From Candidatus Aenigmatarchaeota archaeon (GTDB taxonomy: Archaea > EX4484-52): 39,764 nucleotides of DNA. The stretch is from positions 1 to 39,764 of the forward strand of contig JAGLPV010000008.1 of assembly GCA_023137195.1 (NCBI GenBank), read 5' to 3'. The translations under genes and the position numbers were made by a program. The notes beneath the pieces are model-generated. The model made no database searches and had not been told where the DNA came from. It worked only from the letters and a program-made list of their open reading frames with translations. This document shows positions 20,326 through 30,035 of this stretch, piece after piece. How positions within the stretch are numbered: position 1 is the first letter of the stretch; each line of letters opens with the position of its first letter.

Positions 20326-21987
20326 ATGCTAACTGTAGATAAAAAAAAAGAAATAAATGATTTGAAGAAGAATTTGTCTTTTAAAAAAGAAATGATAAAT
20401 TTAATATCTATCATTAAACAAAAGAAAATTACTATAAAACAAATGATGAAAGAAAAACAAAAGATATCGAAAAGATATGATATTGATTTTATTATTCCAA
20501 ATTCACTTATTTTAGAATATAATATGGATAATGATGTTTTTGTGAATTCATTCCTACTGAAAAAGAAAATAAGGACTCTTTCTGGGGTGTGTGTTGTTGC
20601 GGTGATGGTGAAGCCTCATAAATGTCCAGGGCAATGCATCTATTGTCCTAGTAACACAGGTGTTGCTCCTAAAAGCTACACTGGTCTTGAGCCTGCGACA
20701 AGAAGGGGGATTATGTTTAATTTTGACTCATATTTACAGGCAAAAAACAGGCTGGAACAGTTGAAGGCAATAGGACATAATACTTCAAAAACAGAAATTA
20801 TTATTATGGGTGGAACATTCCCTTCAATGCCAAAAAAATACCAGGAAAATTTTGTAAAAGGAATTTTTGATGCGCTTAATGAGAGAAAATCAAAAAATCT
20901 GGATGAAGCAAAAAAACTAAATAAAACAGCAAAACAAAGGTGTGTGGGGTTGACTATTGAAACGAGACCGGATTATTGTAATGAAAAACATATAAAGCAG
21001 ATGCTTTATCTTGGCGCAACGCGGGTAGAAGTGGGCGTGCAGATATTAAATGATAAAATATATATAAAAACAAAAAGAGGGCATAAAATAGAAGATGTCG
21101 CAAGAGCGACAGAGTTGTTAAAGAATTCTGGCTTAAAGATAGTATATCATATAATGCCCGGGTTGGGAACAGAAAAGGAGGATTTAGAGGCTTTTAAGTT
21201 ATTGTTCAATGATGAGCGATTTTTTCCAGACATGCTTAAGATTTATCCTGTTCTTATAATTAAAGGTACGGAATTGTATGATTTATGGAAGGATGGAAAG
21301 TACAAGCCATTAGATGAAAATAAAGCAGTGAAATTAATCTGTAAATTAAAGCAAGAGGTGCCTGAATTTGTGAGGATAATGAGGATACAAAGAGATATCT
21401 CTAAAGAAAAGATAATTGGGGGAGTACAGGCAGGTAATTTAAGGGAGTTGGTTGAAAATGAGATGGAGGAACAAAAAATAAGATGTAATTGTATTCGGTG
21501 TAGAGAAGTAGGGCATAGGATATATAAGAATAAAGATTATAAATTATACAATAAATCATATTTAAAAGAAAATACATCTAAAAATAAATATGATTCAAAA
21601 TATATTAAAATAAATACAATAAAATATAAATCCTCAAAAGGAGAAGAATTTTTTGTTTCTTTGGTGGATAAAAATAATATATTGTATGGTTATTTGAGAT
21701 TGAGGATTTTAAATAAAAACTGTGATATAATAACAGATGAAATTACGCCTGAAAGTGCAATAATAAGAGAACTGAAGGTTTTTGGGACAAGCACACCCTT
21801 AGGGGAAGAATATGGCTTTTCTTTTCAGCATAGGGGTTTTGGAAAATTATTGATTGAAGAAGCTGTTAAAATCACAAAAGAGAAAAAGAAAGAGAAATTG
21901 CTTGTTATGAGTGCTATTGGGACACAAGAATATTATAAACAATTTGGATTTGTAGAAGATGGTTTTTATATGAGTATGAGAATATAA
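20326..21987 (+). CDS. elp3: Elp3 tRNA uridine(34) acetyltransferase (radical SAM plus KAT)
   Basis: RTLSGV, CPGQCIYCP, KSYTGLEP, MGGTF, ETRPD, KIYP, RIQRD, CIRCRE and QHRGFG. Confidence 0.95.
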   Translation: MLTVDKKKEINDLKKNLSFKKEMINLISIIKQKKITIKQMMKEKQKISKRYDIDFIIPNSLILEYNMDNDVFVNSFLLKKKIRTLSGVCVVAVMVKPHKCPGQCIYCPSNTGVAPKSYTGLEPATRRGIMFNFDSYLQAKNRLEQLKAIGHNTSKTEIIIMGGTFPSMPKKYQENFVKGIFDALNERKSKNLDEAKKLNKTAKQRCVGLTIETRPDYCNEKHIKQMLYLGATRVEVGVQILNDKIYIKTKRGHKIEDVARATELLKNSGLKIVYHIMPGLGTEKEDLEAFKLLFNDERFFPDMLKIYPVLIIKGTELYDLWKDGKYKPLDENKAVKLICKLKQEVPEFVRIMRIQRDISKEKIIGGVQAGNLRELVENEMEEQKIRCNCIRCREVGHRIYKNKDYKLYNKSYLKENTSKNKYDSKYIKINTIKYKSSKGEEFFVSLVDKNNILYGYLRLRILNKNCDIITDEITPESAIIRELKVFGTSTPLGEEYGFSFQHRGFGKLLIEEAVKITKEKKKEKLLVMSAIGTQEYYKQFGFVEDGFYMSMRI

Positions 21988-22430
21988 TTATTATTAAAAT
22001 AAGGATGTATTTAAAGTGGATTCACTACCTTTTTTTAGGAGTTTACATTTCGCTTAATTTCTACAGATATGTATAGAAGTTTGCTCTCAGATTTCACACT
22101 TCGTTCATTTTCATTGCCTCACTCAAATCAATATATTAAAAACAACCCCCTCACAGTTATACTTTTCTCGTTTCATATTATTTTCTTATCATTATAATAG
22201 GTATTTTTTCTTTTATCTACAATCATTCCTAAAAAATACAGGTATTTATTTTTCTAACTTTTACTTCTTAAAGTTCCACAAGAAATAAAGGTCTGGGTGG
22301 GTATTTTTCAAGAGAGATAAAAATATATTTCCATACGAAACAAAGGAGGGAGAGGGGCTTTTCTTTTTCAACACACCAAAACAATCCATATTTATAAAAA
22401 GTTTAATATTATGCAATTATATAATACAAT

Positions 22431-24191
22431 ATGGATTTGAATATTTTTTTGCTCAAAGATATAGCATTAATAATTTTTTCTGCATGTATAATTTCTTATA
22501 TATTTTCTCTTCTTAAACAACCTTTAATTCCCACATATCTAATCGCGGGATTGATTATCGGACCATCTGGTTTGAGTCTAATTACAAATCAGGATATTAT
22601 TGTGACTCTCTCAGAGCTTGGAATTACATTTTTGTTGTTTCTTGTTGGGATGGAATTGGATTTTTCCAGGATAAAAGATGTTCGTCATATGTCTGTTGCC
22701 GGGACGACAATACAGGTCATAAGCACGTTTTTCCTGGGTTTTTTGCTTTCTTTGGCTTTAGGGTTTAGCACGGAAATTTCTGCCTTTTTAGGGATATGTT
22801 TTGCGTTCAGTAGTACAATGGTTGTCATCAAACTTCTTGTGGATAAAGGAGAGATAGAGACACTTCACGGAAGGATGATATTGGGCATTTTGCTTGTCCA
22901 GGATATTTTTGCGGTGGTTGCAATATCGATAGTAGGGACAGCTTCTTTTTCTATAGCAGTGATATTTTCCGCAGGCATAAAAGCACTGGGTCTTTTTTTG
23001 CTTGCGTGGTTGGGGAACAAATATATATTCCCTTTTTTATTAAAACCTATTGAGAAAAAAGGAGAAGTTATGTTCTTGTTTGCGTTGTCTGTGTGTTTTT
23101 TCTTCAGTGCAATTACACATTATCTTAATTTTTCAATTCCCATGGGTGGTTTTTTGGCAGGAATCAGTCTGGCAGTATTTCCATATAATTTAGCAATAAT
23201 GGAAAAGATTGCATCTCTCAGGGATTTTTTTTCAGTAATGTTTTTTGCAACCCTTGGGATGCAGTTTTCTTTTTTTGGTTTGGGCGAACTATTAATTCCT
23301 ATTGTCGTATTCACTCTCTTTATTCTTGCAATAAAGCCAGCTATTATCGCGATACTTGCAGTATTGTTTGGATACACTTCTCACGTTGCGGTTCTGTGTG
23401 GAGCGGGACTGGCGCAAATATCTGAGTTTTCCCTTATACTTGCGTTGATTGCAGAAAAGACAGGATTGATAACAGGACAGATACTCTCTATGATTATTGC
23501 TCTTACTATAATCACTATGGTGATGACTGCTTATACATTTAAATATGATGTAATTATAGGGAATTTGTTTGTTAGGGTATTCAGACCACTTGAAAAATTA
23601 AAATTCATAAAAAAACAAAAAATAGGACTGGAGACAAAAGCAATACAGAGCAAGCACATCGTCTTATGTGGGGCGCATGTAATAGGGCAGGGAATTATAG
23701 ATTCTTTGAAAAAAATGAAGGTGCCTTTTGTTGTGATAGATTACAATCCGGAAGTGATAAAAATGCTCGTCCAGAAAAAAATTAACTGTATTTATGGGGA
23801 TATAACCCAGAGAGAAATACTTGAAAAAGCAAATCTGAAAGAGGCTACATTTATTATTTCAACAATTCCATATGAAAAAGAAAGCGAATACATCATACGG
23901 AGAACAAGAATGCTTAATTCCAAGACCAGAATCATTACGACCGCAGAGAGTATAACTGAGGCAACTCACCTATACAAAAAAGGGTCTGATTTTGTGATTA
24001 TCCCTAAATTAATAAGCGCAAACAAAGTAAGTAATCATTTATCTTTCTTATATGAAAATGGGATTGAAAAGATAGATGAGATAAGAAAAGAGGAGATGCT
24101 ATACCTTCATATGAAGAAAGATGAAGAGAAGCTACAGAGATATGAAAAATCCTTTTTAAAGAATATTAGAGAAAAATATTATCTTGTATAA
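22431..24191 (+). CDS. CPA2/Kef-type cation:proton antiporter with C-terminal TrkA-N (RCK) domain
   Basis: About 12-13 TM segments, FLLFLVGMELD, SSTMVVIK, LLVQD, QISEFS; C-terminal IVLCGAHVIG, VIDYNPE and YGD. Confidence 0.92.
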   Translation: MDLNIFLLKDIALIIFSACIISYIFSLLKQPLIPTYLIAGLIIGPSGLSLITNQDIIVTLSELGITFLLFLVGMELDFSRIKDVRHMSVAGTTIQVISTFFLGFLLSLALGFSTEISAFLGICFAFSSTMVVIKLLVDKGEIETLHGRMILGILLVQDIFAVVAISIVGTASFSIAVIFSAGIKALGLFLLAWLGNKYIFPFLLKPIEKKGEVMFLFALSVCFFFSAITHYLNFSIPMGGFLAGISLAVFPYNLAIMEKIASLRDFFSVMFFATLGMQFSFFGLGELLIPIVVFTLFILAIKPAIIAILAVLFGYTSHVAVLCGAGLAQISEFSLILALIAEKTGLITGQILSMIIALTIITMVMTAYTFKYDVIIGNLFVRVFRPLEKLKFIKKQKIGLETKAIQSKHIVLCGAHVIGQGIIDSLKKMKVPFVVIDYNPEVIKMLVQKKINCIYGDITQREILEKANLKEATFIISTIPYEKESEYIIRRTRMLNSKTRIITTAESITEATHLYKKGSDFVIIPKLISANKVSNHLSFLYENGIEKIDEIRKEEMLYLHMKKDEEKLQRYEKSFLKNIREKYYLV

Positions 24192-24225
24192 TTGCGTTTA
24201 AAAGATTGCGCACTTTATTTTTATT

Positions 24226-24339
24226 TATAGCAAAAAACATAAATAATGCAATTGATATTTTAATAATATCTAAGAGATAGTTATGTTTTTTGCTAGTATC
24301 TCGCCCCACATACTTGTATTACTTTTGTGTTGTGAGATA
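24226..24339 (+). repeat. Two-hairpin repeated element, copy B (compact)
   Basis: Perfect 15-bp inverted repeat 24228-24242/24281-24295, then hairpin TATCTCGCCCCACA...TGTGTTGTGAGATA at 24297-24339; homologous to 14707-14898 (minus). Confidence 0.8.
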
Positions 24340-24343
24340 AGTA

Positions 24344-24415
24344 GAACCTGTAGTCTAGTGGATAGGATGATAGCTTGCGGAGCTATTGACCCGGGTTCAA
24401 ATCCCGGCAGGTTCG
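24344..24415 (+). tRNA. tRNA-Arg (GCG)
   Basis: GAACCTG/CAGGTTC acceptor stem, ATAGC-TTGCGGA-GCTAT anticodon arm, CCGGG-TTCAAAT-CCCGG T arm. Confidence 0.95.
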
Positions 24416-24428
24416 TTGAAAAATAAGT

Positions 24429-24711
24429 GCGGTGCAAAAAATAAGCCTCTTTTTGTATCTCATCAGCATATTAAGATGCGTCTTATGGAGATTGAGCAGA
24501 TTTGTCTAAGCGCTTTTTAAGCTTGCACACCAAAGCAGGATGCTCGTTTCATCCAGGTTTCCGGGAACATCCTTGCGTCATCTTTTGCCGGAATTGGTTC
24601 GTTTCTGTACCATCCTGAGCAGATCTCTCCACTCTCTTTTTAAGAGCTTTTTAGCAGGTGTGAGAGGACTTTCCTGACATAAATTATGCCGGCTGCTCTA
24701 TTTTGCTCCGC
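24429..24711 (-). ncRNA. rnpB: RNase P RNA
   Basis: Minus strand: P1 GCGGAGCAAAA/TTTTGCACCGC, CR-I AGGAAAGTCCTCT, CR-II ACAGAAA, CR-III TGAAAC, GTGCAAG, CR-V ACAAAAAGAGGCTTA with P4 CCTCT/AGAGG pairing. Confidence 0.88.
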
Positions 24712-24720
24712 TTAATAATA

Positions 24721-25401
24721 TCATGGATGAGATTTAAAAAACTTGTTTTTGAAATTGCGATATGAAGTAAAACAATGTACCCACCAGGGATTGGTTTTTC
24801 CACAACAGATGGTTTTTTTTGTTTTAATGTTTTTCAATACTTCTTCTTTTGTAGTTGAATAAGGCATTTGCGTGTAAGCGGAGCCGATTTCCATGTAAGT
24901 GTGGGCATCGGTGGAGGCAATCTGAGCCAGGTTGTTTTGGATGGCATATTTTTTTGAAAGATAGTTTAGTGGTCCAAAAGAGCGGGCATTTAGCGTTTCA
25001 ATAGCAAACGGCATTTTAATCTTATTTAGGTTCCACAGCAGACCTTTCCTGTAAAAATCATAAGGGTGTGGCACAATGCATGTTGCTCCCTGCTCTTTTA
25101 TCTGGTTGATTGTCTCTTCCAGAGGCAGTCCTTTTTTGATTTCCTCGTTTAAATCAAGGGCAATTACTTCACCACAGTTCGTCTTGATTTCTTCGCCGTT
25201 AATTAGCATAATAGGCAGGTTGTTTTCTTTTATTGTTTTGTGTGCGGTTTTGAGTCCGGCGGTTGTGTTGTGGTCGGTGATAGCGAGTACAGAAATGTTT
25301 TTTTTGACATATTGCTGAAGCATTTGTTTTATTTTCATGGAAGAGTCAGGAGAATAAATTGTGTGACTGTGAAAGTCGCAATAAGTAACTTCTTCATCCA
25401 T
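24721..25401 (-). CDS. PHP domain metal-dependent phosphoesterase
   Basis: DFHSHT.YS.DS, AITDHN, GEEI, VPHP and STDAH. Confidence 0.9.
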   Translation of the reverse strand: MDEEVTYCDFHSHTIYSPDSSMKIKQMLQQYVKKNISVLAITDHNTTAGLKTAHKTIKENNLPIMLINGEEIKTNCGEVIALDLNEEIKKGLPLEETINQIKEQGATCIVPHPYDFYRKGLLWNLNKIKMPFAIETLNARSFGPLNYLSKKYAIQNNLAQIASTDAHTYMEIGSAYTQMPYSTTKEEVLKNIKTKKTICCGKTNPWWVHCFTSYRNFKNKFFKSHP

Positions 25402-25439
25402 ACACTCTATAGTTAAATAATTTTAAATAAAAAAAGAAT

Positions 25440-25763
25440 ATGAGTGATTTTTCATCCAAAGTACTAAAAATAGTCAAAAAAATTCCAAGAGGCAAAGTGA
25501 TGACATACAAGGATATTGCAAATGCCATGGGAAAACCACAAGCAGCAAGGGTTGTTGGAAATGCGCTCAACAAAAATCCACATCCTATAATTATTCCATG
25601 CCATAGGGTAGTTAAATCAAATGGATGCGTAGGAGGATATGTTTTCGGGACAAATGAGAAAGTAAAACTGCTTGAAAAAGAAGGAATCCTTTTTAGAGGA
25701 AATAAAATACTTAATTTTGAGGAAAAGAGAATTTGTTTTGTTAAACAACATATTGCTTGGTGA
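25440..25763 (+). CDS. ogt: Methylated-DNA--protein-cysteine methyltransferase (C-terminal domain only)
   Basis: IPRGKVMTY, AARVVGNAL and the active-site PCHRV. Confidence 0.92.
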   Translation: MSDFSSKVLKIVKKIPRGKVMTYKDIANAMGKPQAARVVGNALNKNPHPIIIPCHRVVKSNGCVGGYVFGTNEKVKLLEKEGILFRGNKILNFEEKRICFVKQHIAW

Positions 25764-25902
25764 TTTGTTAGATGAAATTTATATAAAGATAAATACAATC
25801 AATTATAACAAGTAAAAATTCTGCGAGTTTGATTTTTGTTATATAGTGCAGACTTTTTTCATGTTGTGTCTAAACTTATACACAAGATACAGTTTATACA
25901 CA

Positions 25903-26211
25903 ATGAATAAGGAAACAATTAAACAATTTTTGAAGCTGGATTGGAAGAAGATTTTGATATTTTTTATAATTCCTTTATTTTCTTCTCCTCCATTTACATT
26001 TTATCCTAAGTATTCTTCTGTGAGTGTGGAGGATATGTCAATGGGAAAAATTCCTGCACCTGCATGGGGATTTCCAATATCCGACCATAAGCCCCCTCTC
26101 GCTCGTGAATCAGTCATATGCTATCCTATATTTATTTTAGATTTATTGTTGTGTTATCTTATTGGTTGCTTGGTAATTTTCAGCCATAAACAATTCAAAA
26201 TTAAAAAATAA
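25903..26211 (+). CDS. Small hypothetical membrane protein
   Basis: ATG at 25903 gives MNKETIKQFLKLDWKKILIF; two hydrophobic segments flank a WGFP motif. Confidence 0.6.
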   Translation: MNKETIKQFLKLDWKKILIFFIIPLFSSPPFTFYPKYSSVSVEDMSMGKIPAPAWGFPISDHKPPLARESVICYPIFILDLLLCYLIGCLVIFSHKQFKIKK

Positions 26212-26332
26212 AACCTATGACTTGTTTGTGTCATACAGGACATTCCTTGCCCTCAAGTTCATATGGTCTCAACCAGAATATTTACTTGTTCGTAGATAAA
26301 TAAGTATTAAATATTTGTGTTTAATTGATGTT

Positions 26333-28210
26333 ATGAATTCATTTCTTGAAAAACAGATTGACGACATAAAAAAAGAGGTTTCGAGAATTCTTTTGTTGGA
26401 AGAAAAAGAAATAAGCATATCAACAGAAGATAAAGACAAAGAACACGATATTGCTTTTTGTTGTGCTTCTGTTGCAGGAAAACTCAAAAAAAGTCCTGTT
26501 GAGTTGGCAGAAAAAATAATCAGTAAATTCAGAAAACCAGATTTTATCAAAAAAATTGAGCAGAAGAACATATATGTGAACTTTTATTTTGACAGGCAAA
26601 AACAAGCCGGGTTGATTGTAAAAGAGACATTAAAAAAACAAAAAAAGATAAAAATGAAAAAGACCGTTCTTATCGAATATCCTAGTGTCAATCCAGGAAA
26701 ACCGCTTCATATAGGACATTGCAGAAATGCAATGCTTGGCGCATCATTGTCCAAAATATTTGAATATTGTGGCACTGGTGTGTTAAAGACAGATTACATT
26801 GATGATTTAGGTCTCCAGGCATCTTGCGTGACCTGGGGAATAATGAATGTGAACAAAAGTGAACTTCCAAAAAAAGAAGGGTATGCAGTCAAAACAGACC
26901 AGTGGCAGGGTAGAGTATATGCTCTTGTGGCAAAGCAGATGAAGGAAGACGAAAGAGTAGAAAAATCAGTACGGGAATTGATGAAGGAAATAGAAGAAAG
27001 AAAGGATAAAAAATTAATAGCCCGGCACGATAAATTTGTTGAGGAATGCCTTTTGGCGCAGTGTCGGACAAGATGGAGGATGGGCATATACCACAACATA
27101 AAGATTCATGAATCCTATTTAATAGACAGTAATGTATACAGTACCATATTTGATATTTTAAAGAAAAATAAAAACATCATGCAGGAAACAGAAGGAAAGA
27201 ACAAAGAGTGTTGGGTTGCTAAATTGGGCAATCTGGAAGGATACAAAAATATGACCAACCCGGACAAGATTCTTGTAAGGTCGAACGGAACTTCTACATA
27301 TACTGCTAAGGATATATCTCTTCATTTTTGGAAATTTTCTATGAGTTCTGTTGAAATACATTATTCAAAGTGGATAAAACAGCCAAATAGTGAATATATC
27401 TACACTGTTGATACAACAGGACTCCAAAATAAGGCGTTTACATTAAAGAAAGAAAAAGTGATAAATGTCATTGGTTCTGAACAGATATACACACAGAAAG
27501 TGATGTATGATATAATTGGGTTGTGTGGTTACGAGGACATTTACAAAAACTCCGTTCATATTGCGTACGAGCACGTATGGTTCAGGGAAAAAGGAGATAA
27601 TTTTAAATTTTCAGGGCGGAGCGGTAACTGGATAGGTTATTCCACAGATGAAGTCCTTGATAGGGCTGTAGCAATTGCATCGAAAGGAGTAGAAGAAAGA
27701 CAAAAGGATAAGACTAAAAAATGGCAGGAAAATATTTCTGAGTCGCTTGGAACAAGTGCTGTGAAGTTCGCCATGCTGAAAAATTCATGGACTAAGAAAA
27801 TTGCTTTTGACTGGGACAAGATAATGGATATGAGGGGAGATAGTGCATGTTATCTTCAATATTCTTATGCGAGGGCAAAAGGAATCTTACGAAAAGCAGA
27901 TGTGAATGAAAATGACGTTTCACGTGAACTAAAAACAGGTGTTTTTGGAGATGAAGAATATGCGATTTTAAAGAAGCTTTCTTATTTGGATATAGTTGTG
28001 AAGAAGGCAAAAGAAGAATATTCTCCGGGAATAGTTGCAAATTATTGTCTTGAGATTGCAGGCTTGTTTAACACATTTTATGCAAATAATCCTGTATTGA
28101 TTGCAGAGGAAGAGATAAAGAATGCCCGTCTGCTTGTCGTACTGGCATTTTCAAACACACTGAAAAAAGCATTGTCTCTTCTTTTGATTGATTGTGCTGA
28201 GGAAATATAA
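26333..28210 (+). CDS. argS: Arginine--tRNA ligase
   Basis: EYPSVNPGKPLHIGH, DDLGLQ, RSNGTSTY, KFSGR, YLQYSYARA and the DALR-type C-terminus. ATG at 26333 preferred. Confidence 0.95.
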   Translation: MNSFLEKQIDDIKKEVSRILLLEEKEISISTEDKDKEHDIAFCCASVAGKLKKSPVELAEKIISKFRKPDFIKKIEQKNIYVNFYFDRQKQAGLIVKETLKKQKKIKMKKTVLIEYPSVNPGKPLHIGHCRNAMLGASLSKIFEYCGTGVLKTDYIDDLGLQASCVTWGIMNVNKSELPKKEGYAVKTDQWQGRVYALVAKQMKEDERVEKSVRELMKEIEERKDKKLIARHDKFVEECLLAQCRTRWRMGIYHNIKIHESYLIDSNVYSTIFDILKKNKNIMQETEGKNKECWVAKLGNLEGYKNMTNPDKILVRSNGTSTYTAKDISLHFWKFSMSSVEIHYSKWIKQPNSEYIYTVDTTGLQNKAFTLKKEKVINVIGSEQIYTQKVMYDIIGLCGYEDIYKNSVHIAYEHVWFREKGDNFKFSGRSGNWIGYSTDEVLDRAVAIASKGVEERQKDKTKKWQENISESLGTSAVKFAMLKNSWTKKIAFDWDKIMDMRGDSACYLQYSYARAKGILRKADVNENDVSRELKTGVFGDEEYAILKKLSYLDIVVKKAKEEYSPGIVANYCLEIAGLFNTFYANNPVLIAEEEIKNARLLVVLAFSNTLKKALSLLLIDCAEEI

Positions 28211-28241
28211 AGACGTGCGATATATGATATAAGAGTGAACT

Positions 28242-30026
28242 ATGTTTGAGATAAAAAAAAGAGATGAACTAGGCCGGATAGGAAGATGGTCTTTCGAGGG
28301 CAGAACAATAGAGACGCCGGCAATGGCTGTTGTGGTTAATCCAAATAAGATGACAATCCCAACAGATGAACTTGAAAATGAATTTCACGCTCAACTTATA
28401 ATCACAAATGCATACATCATCAAGCAGTCCAAGTACCTGGAGGAAATCAAAAAAAATAAACTGCATCGATTCTTAGGATGGGATAAGCCAATATATACAG
28501 ACTCAGGTACATTCCAGATGTATTCTCTGGGGAAGACGGATATAGGAACCGAAGAGACCGTTAAATTGCAGATAGAACTTGGATCTGATATAATAACACC
28601 ACTTGATGAGTTCACTTTTCCTACAGATACGAAAAGTGAAGTTGAAAAGAAGATGAAAAAGACATATGCAAATTCACTTTTGGCGCGTGAAATCATAAAT
28701 GAACACAATAAGAAATACAAAAGAGAGTTGCAGTTTAATTCTACTGTGCAGGGAGGAGTGTTCATGGACTGCAGGAGGGAATGCGCAAGATTAGTATCTT
28801 CATTGAACCCGGACATTATTTCTGTGGGCGGCATTGTGCCATTGATGGAGCAGTACAGATACAAGACATTAACAGACATTATTCTTAATGTGAAGAAGAC
28901 AGCAAGTATAAATGTGCCTCTTCATGCATTTGGATGCGGTCATCCTATGCTTTTTTCATTGATGGTGCTGTGTGGGATAGATGTGTTTGATAGCGCCGCA
29001 TACGCCCTGTTTGCTAAAAAGAAGAAGTATATAACCGTTCACGGGACGCTGGATATGAATGAATTAAACTATCTTCCATGTTCATGTCCTGTTTGCTCTA
29101 AGTTCACATCAAGTGAACTAATCAAAAATGAAAAACTGCTTGCAAAACACAATCTTTATGTGACATTAAGTGAACTAAATATAATAAAGCAGGCAATAGC
29201 CAGCGGGACATTGAGGAGATTGACAGAGATGCGCTGTGCTTCACATCCTACGCTGTATTATGCATATAAAAACCTGGAAAAATACAATTCATTCATGGAA
29301 AAATACAGTTCATTTGAAAAAAGAAGTTCATTTTTTTTCATTTCTGAATTGAGCAGGACAAATACGGACTTGTATCGCCTGAAGAAACGCAGTAAAGAAA
29401 GACAGGATACAAAGGATAAATTAAAGTTCATTCACTCAGATATCCCTTATGGATTGAAGAACATGTTTCCTGTTGGGCAGAACCTACTTCCTTTTAACAT
29501 TGCCCGAAGAAACAAATCAGTAACAGCTATGCGCAAATTACCTAAGCTGGATGTTTTTGAGGAAGCAAAAGAAAGACTCCAATACCAGTTCGGCAAAAAA
29601 TTAAGTTCATTTTTCGAAGAGAATAAATCCCAGATACAGGTAAACATTTCTAAAACAAAGATTCATAGGATAAAGGAGATGAGGATGAATGATATTTTGA
29701 TAGGGGTGTTTTCAGCAAAAACAGGCTTTTTTATTCCTACCTTTTCCGGGGCGTGCGAAATTAGGAAATACTTAGGTGTAAATGACTATTGCGTAAGGGT
29801 AAAAAACAATGTAGTTTCATTTGCAAAAGAAGGAAAAAGCGTATTTGCCAGGCACGTCAAATATTGTGATTATAAGATAAGACCGCATGATTATGTCTTT
29901 GTTGTGGACAGTAAAAACAATTTGCTTGCTCTTGGTCAGGCGTTGATGAACAAAAGAGAAATGAAAGAATTTAAGTATGGCGTTGCTGTAAATATCCGGA
30001 AAATAAACAAAACAGGTAAAGAATAA
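28242..30026 (+). CDS. tgtA: Archaeosine tRNA-guanine(15) transglycosylase with PUA domain
   Basis: ETP, ITNAYI, TDSGTFQ, GGIVPLME.Y, HAFGCGHP, FDSAAY, CSCPVC...HNL and C-terminal PUA (GKSVFARHV). Confidence 0.93.
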   Translation: MFEIKKRDELGRIGRWSFEGRTIETPAMAVVVNPNKMTIPTDELENEFHAQLIITNAYIIKQSKYLEEIKKNKLHRFLGWDKPIYTDSGTFQMYSLGKTDIGTEETVKLQIELGSDIITPLDEFTFPTDTKSEVEKKMKKTYANSLLAREIINEHNKKYKRELQFNSTVQGGVFMDCRRECARLVSSLNPDIISVGGIVPLMEQYRYKTLTDIILNVKKTASINVPLHAFGCGHPMLFSLMVLCGIDVFDSAAYALFAKKKKYITVHGTLDMNELNYLPCSCPVCSKFTSSELIKNEKLLAKHNLYVTLSELNIIKQAIASGTLRRLTEMRCASHPTLYYAYKNLEKYNSFMEKYSSFEKRSSFFFISELSRTNTDLYRLKKRSKERQDTKDKLKFIHSDIPYGLKNMFPVGQNLLPFNIARRNKSVTAMRKLPKLDVFEEAKERLQYQFGKKLSSFFEENKSQIQVNISKTKIHRIKEMRMNDILIGVFSAKTGFFIPTFSGACEIRKYLGVNDYCVRVKNNVVSFAKEGKSVFARHVKYCDYKIRPHDYVFVVDSKNNLLALGQALMNKREMKEFKYGVAVNIRKINKTGKE

Positions 30027-30035
30027 AAACTAATA

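Noticed and set aside
21521-21630. K/N/Y-rich insertion in Elp3 as a possible intein or mobile insert
   Set aside because: Short low-complexity loop without intein terminal motifs; the reading frame is intact.
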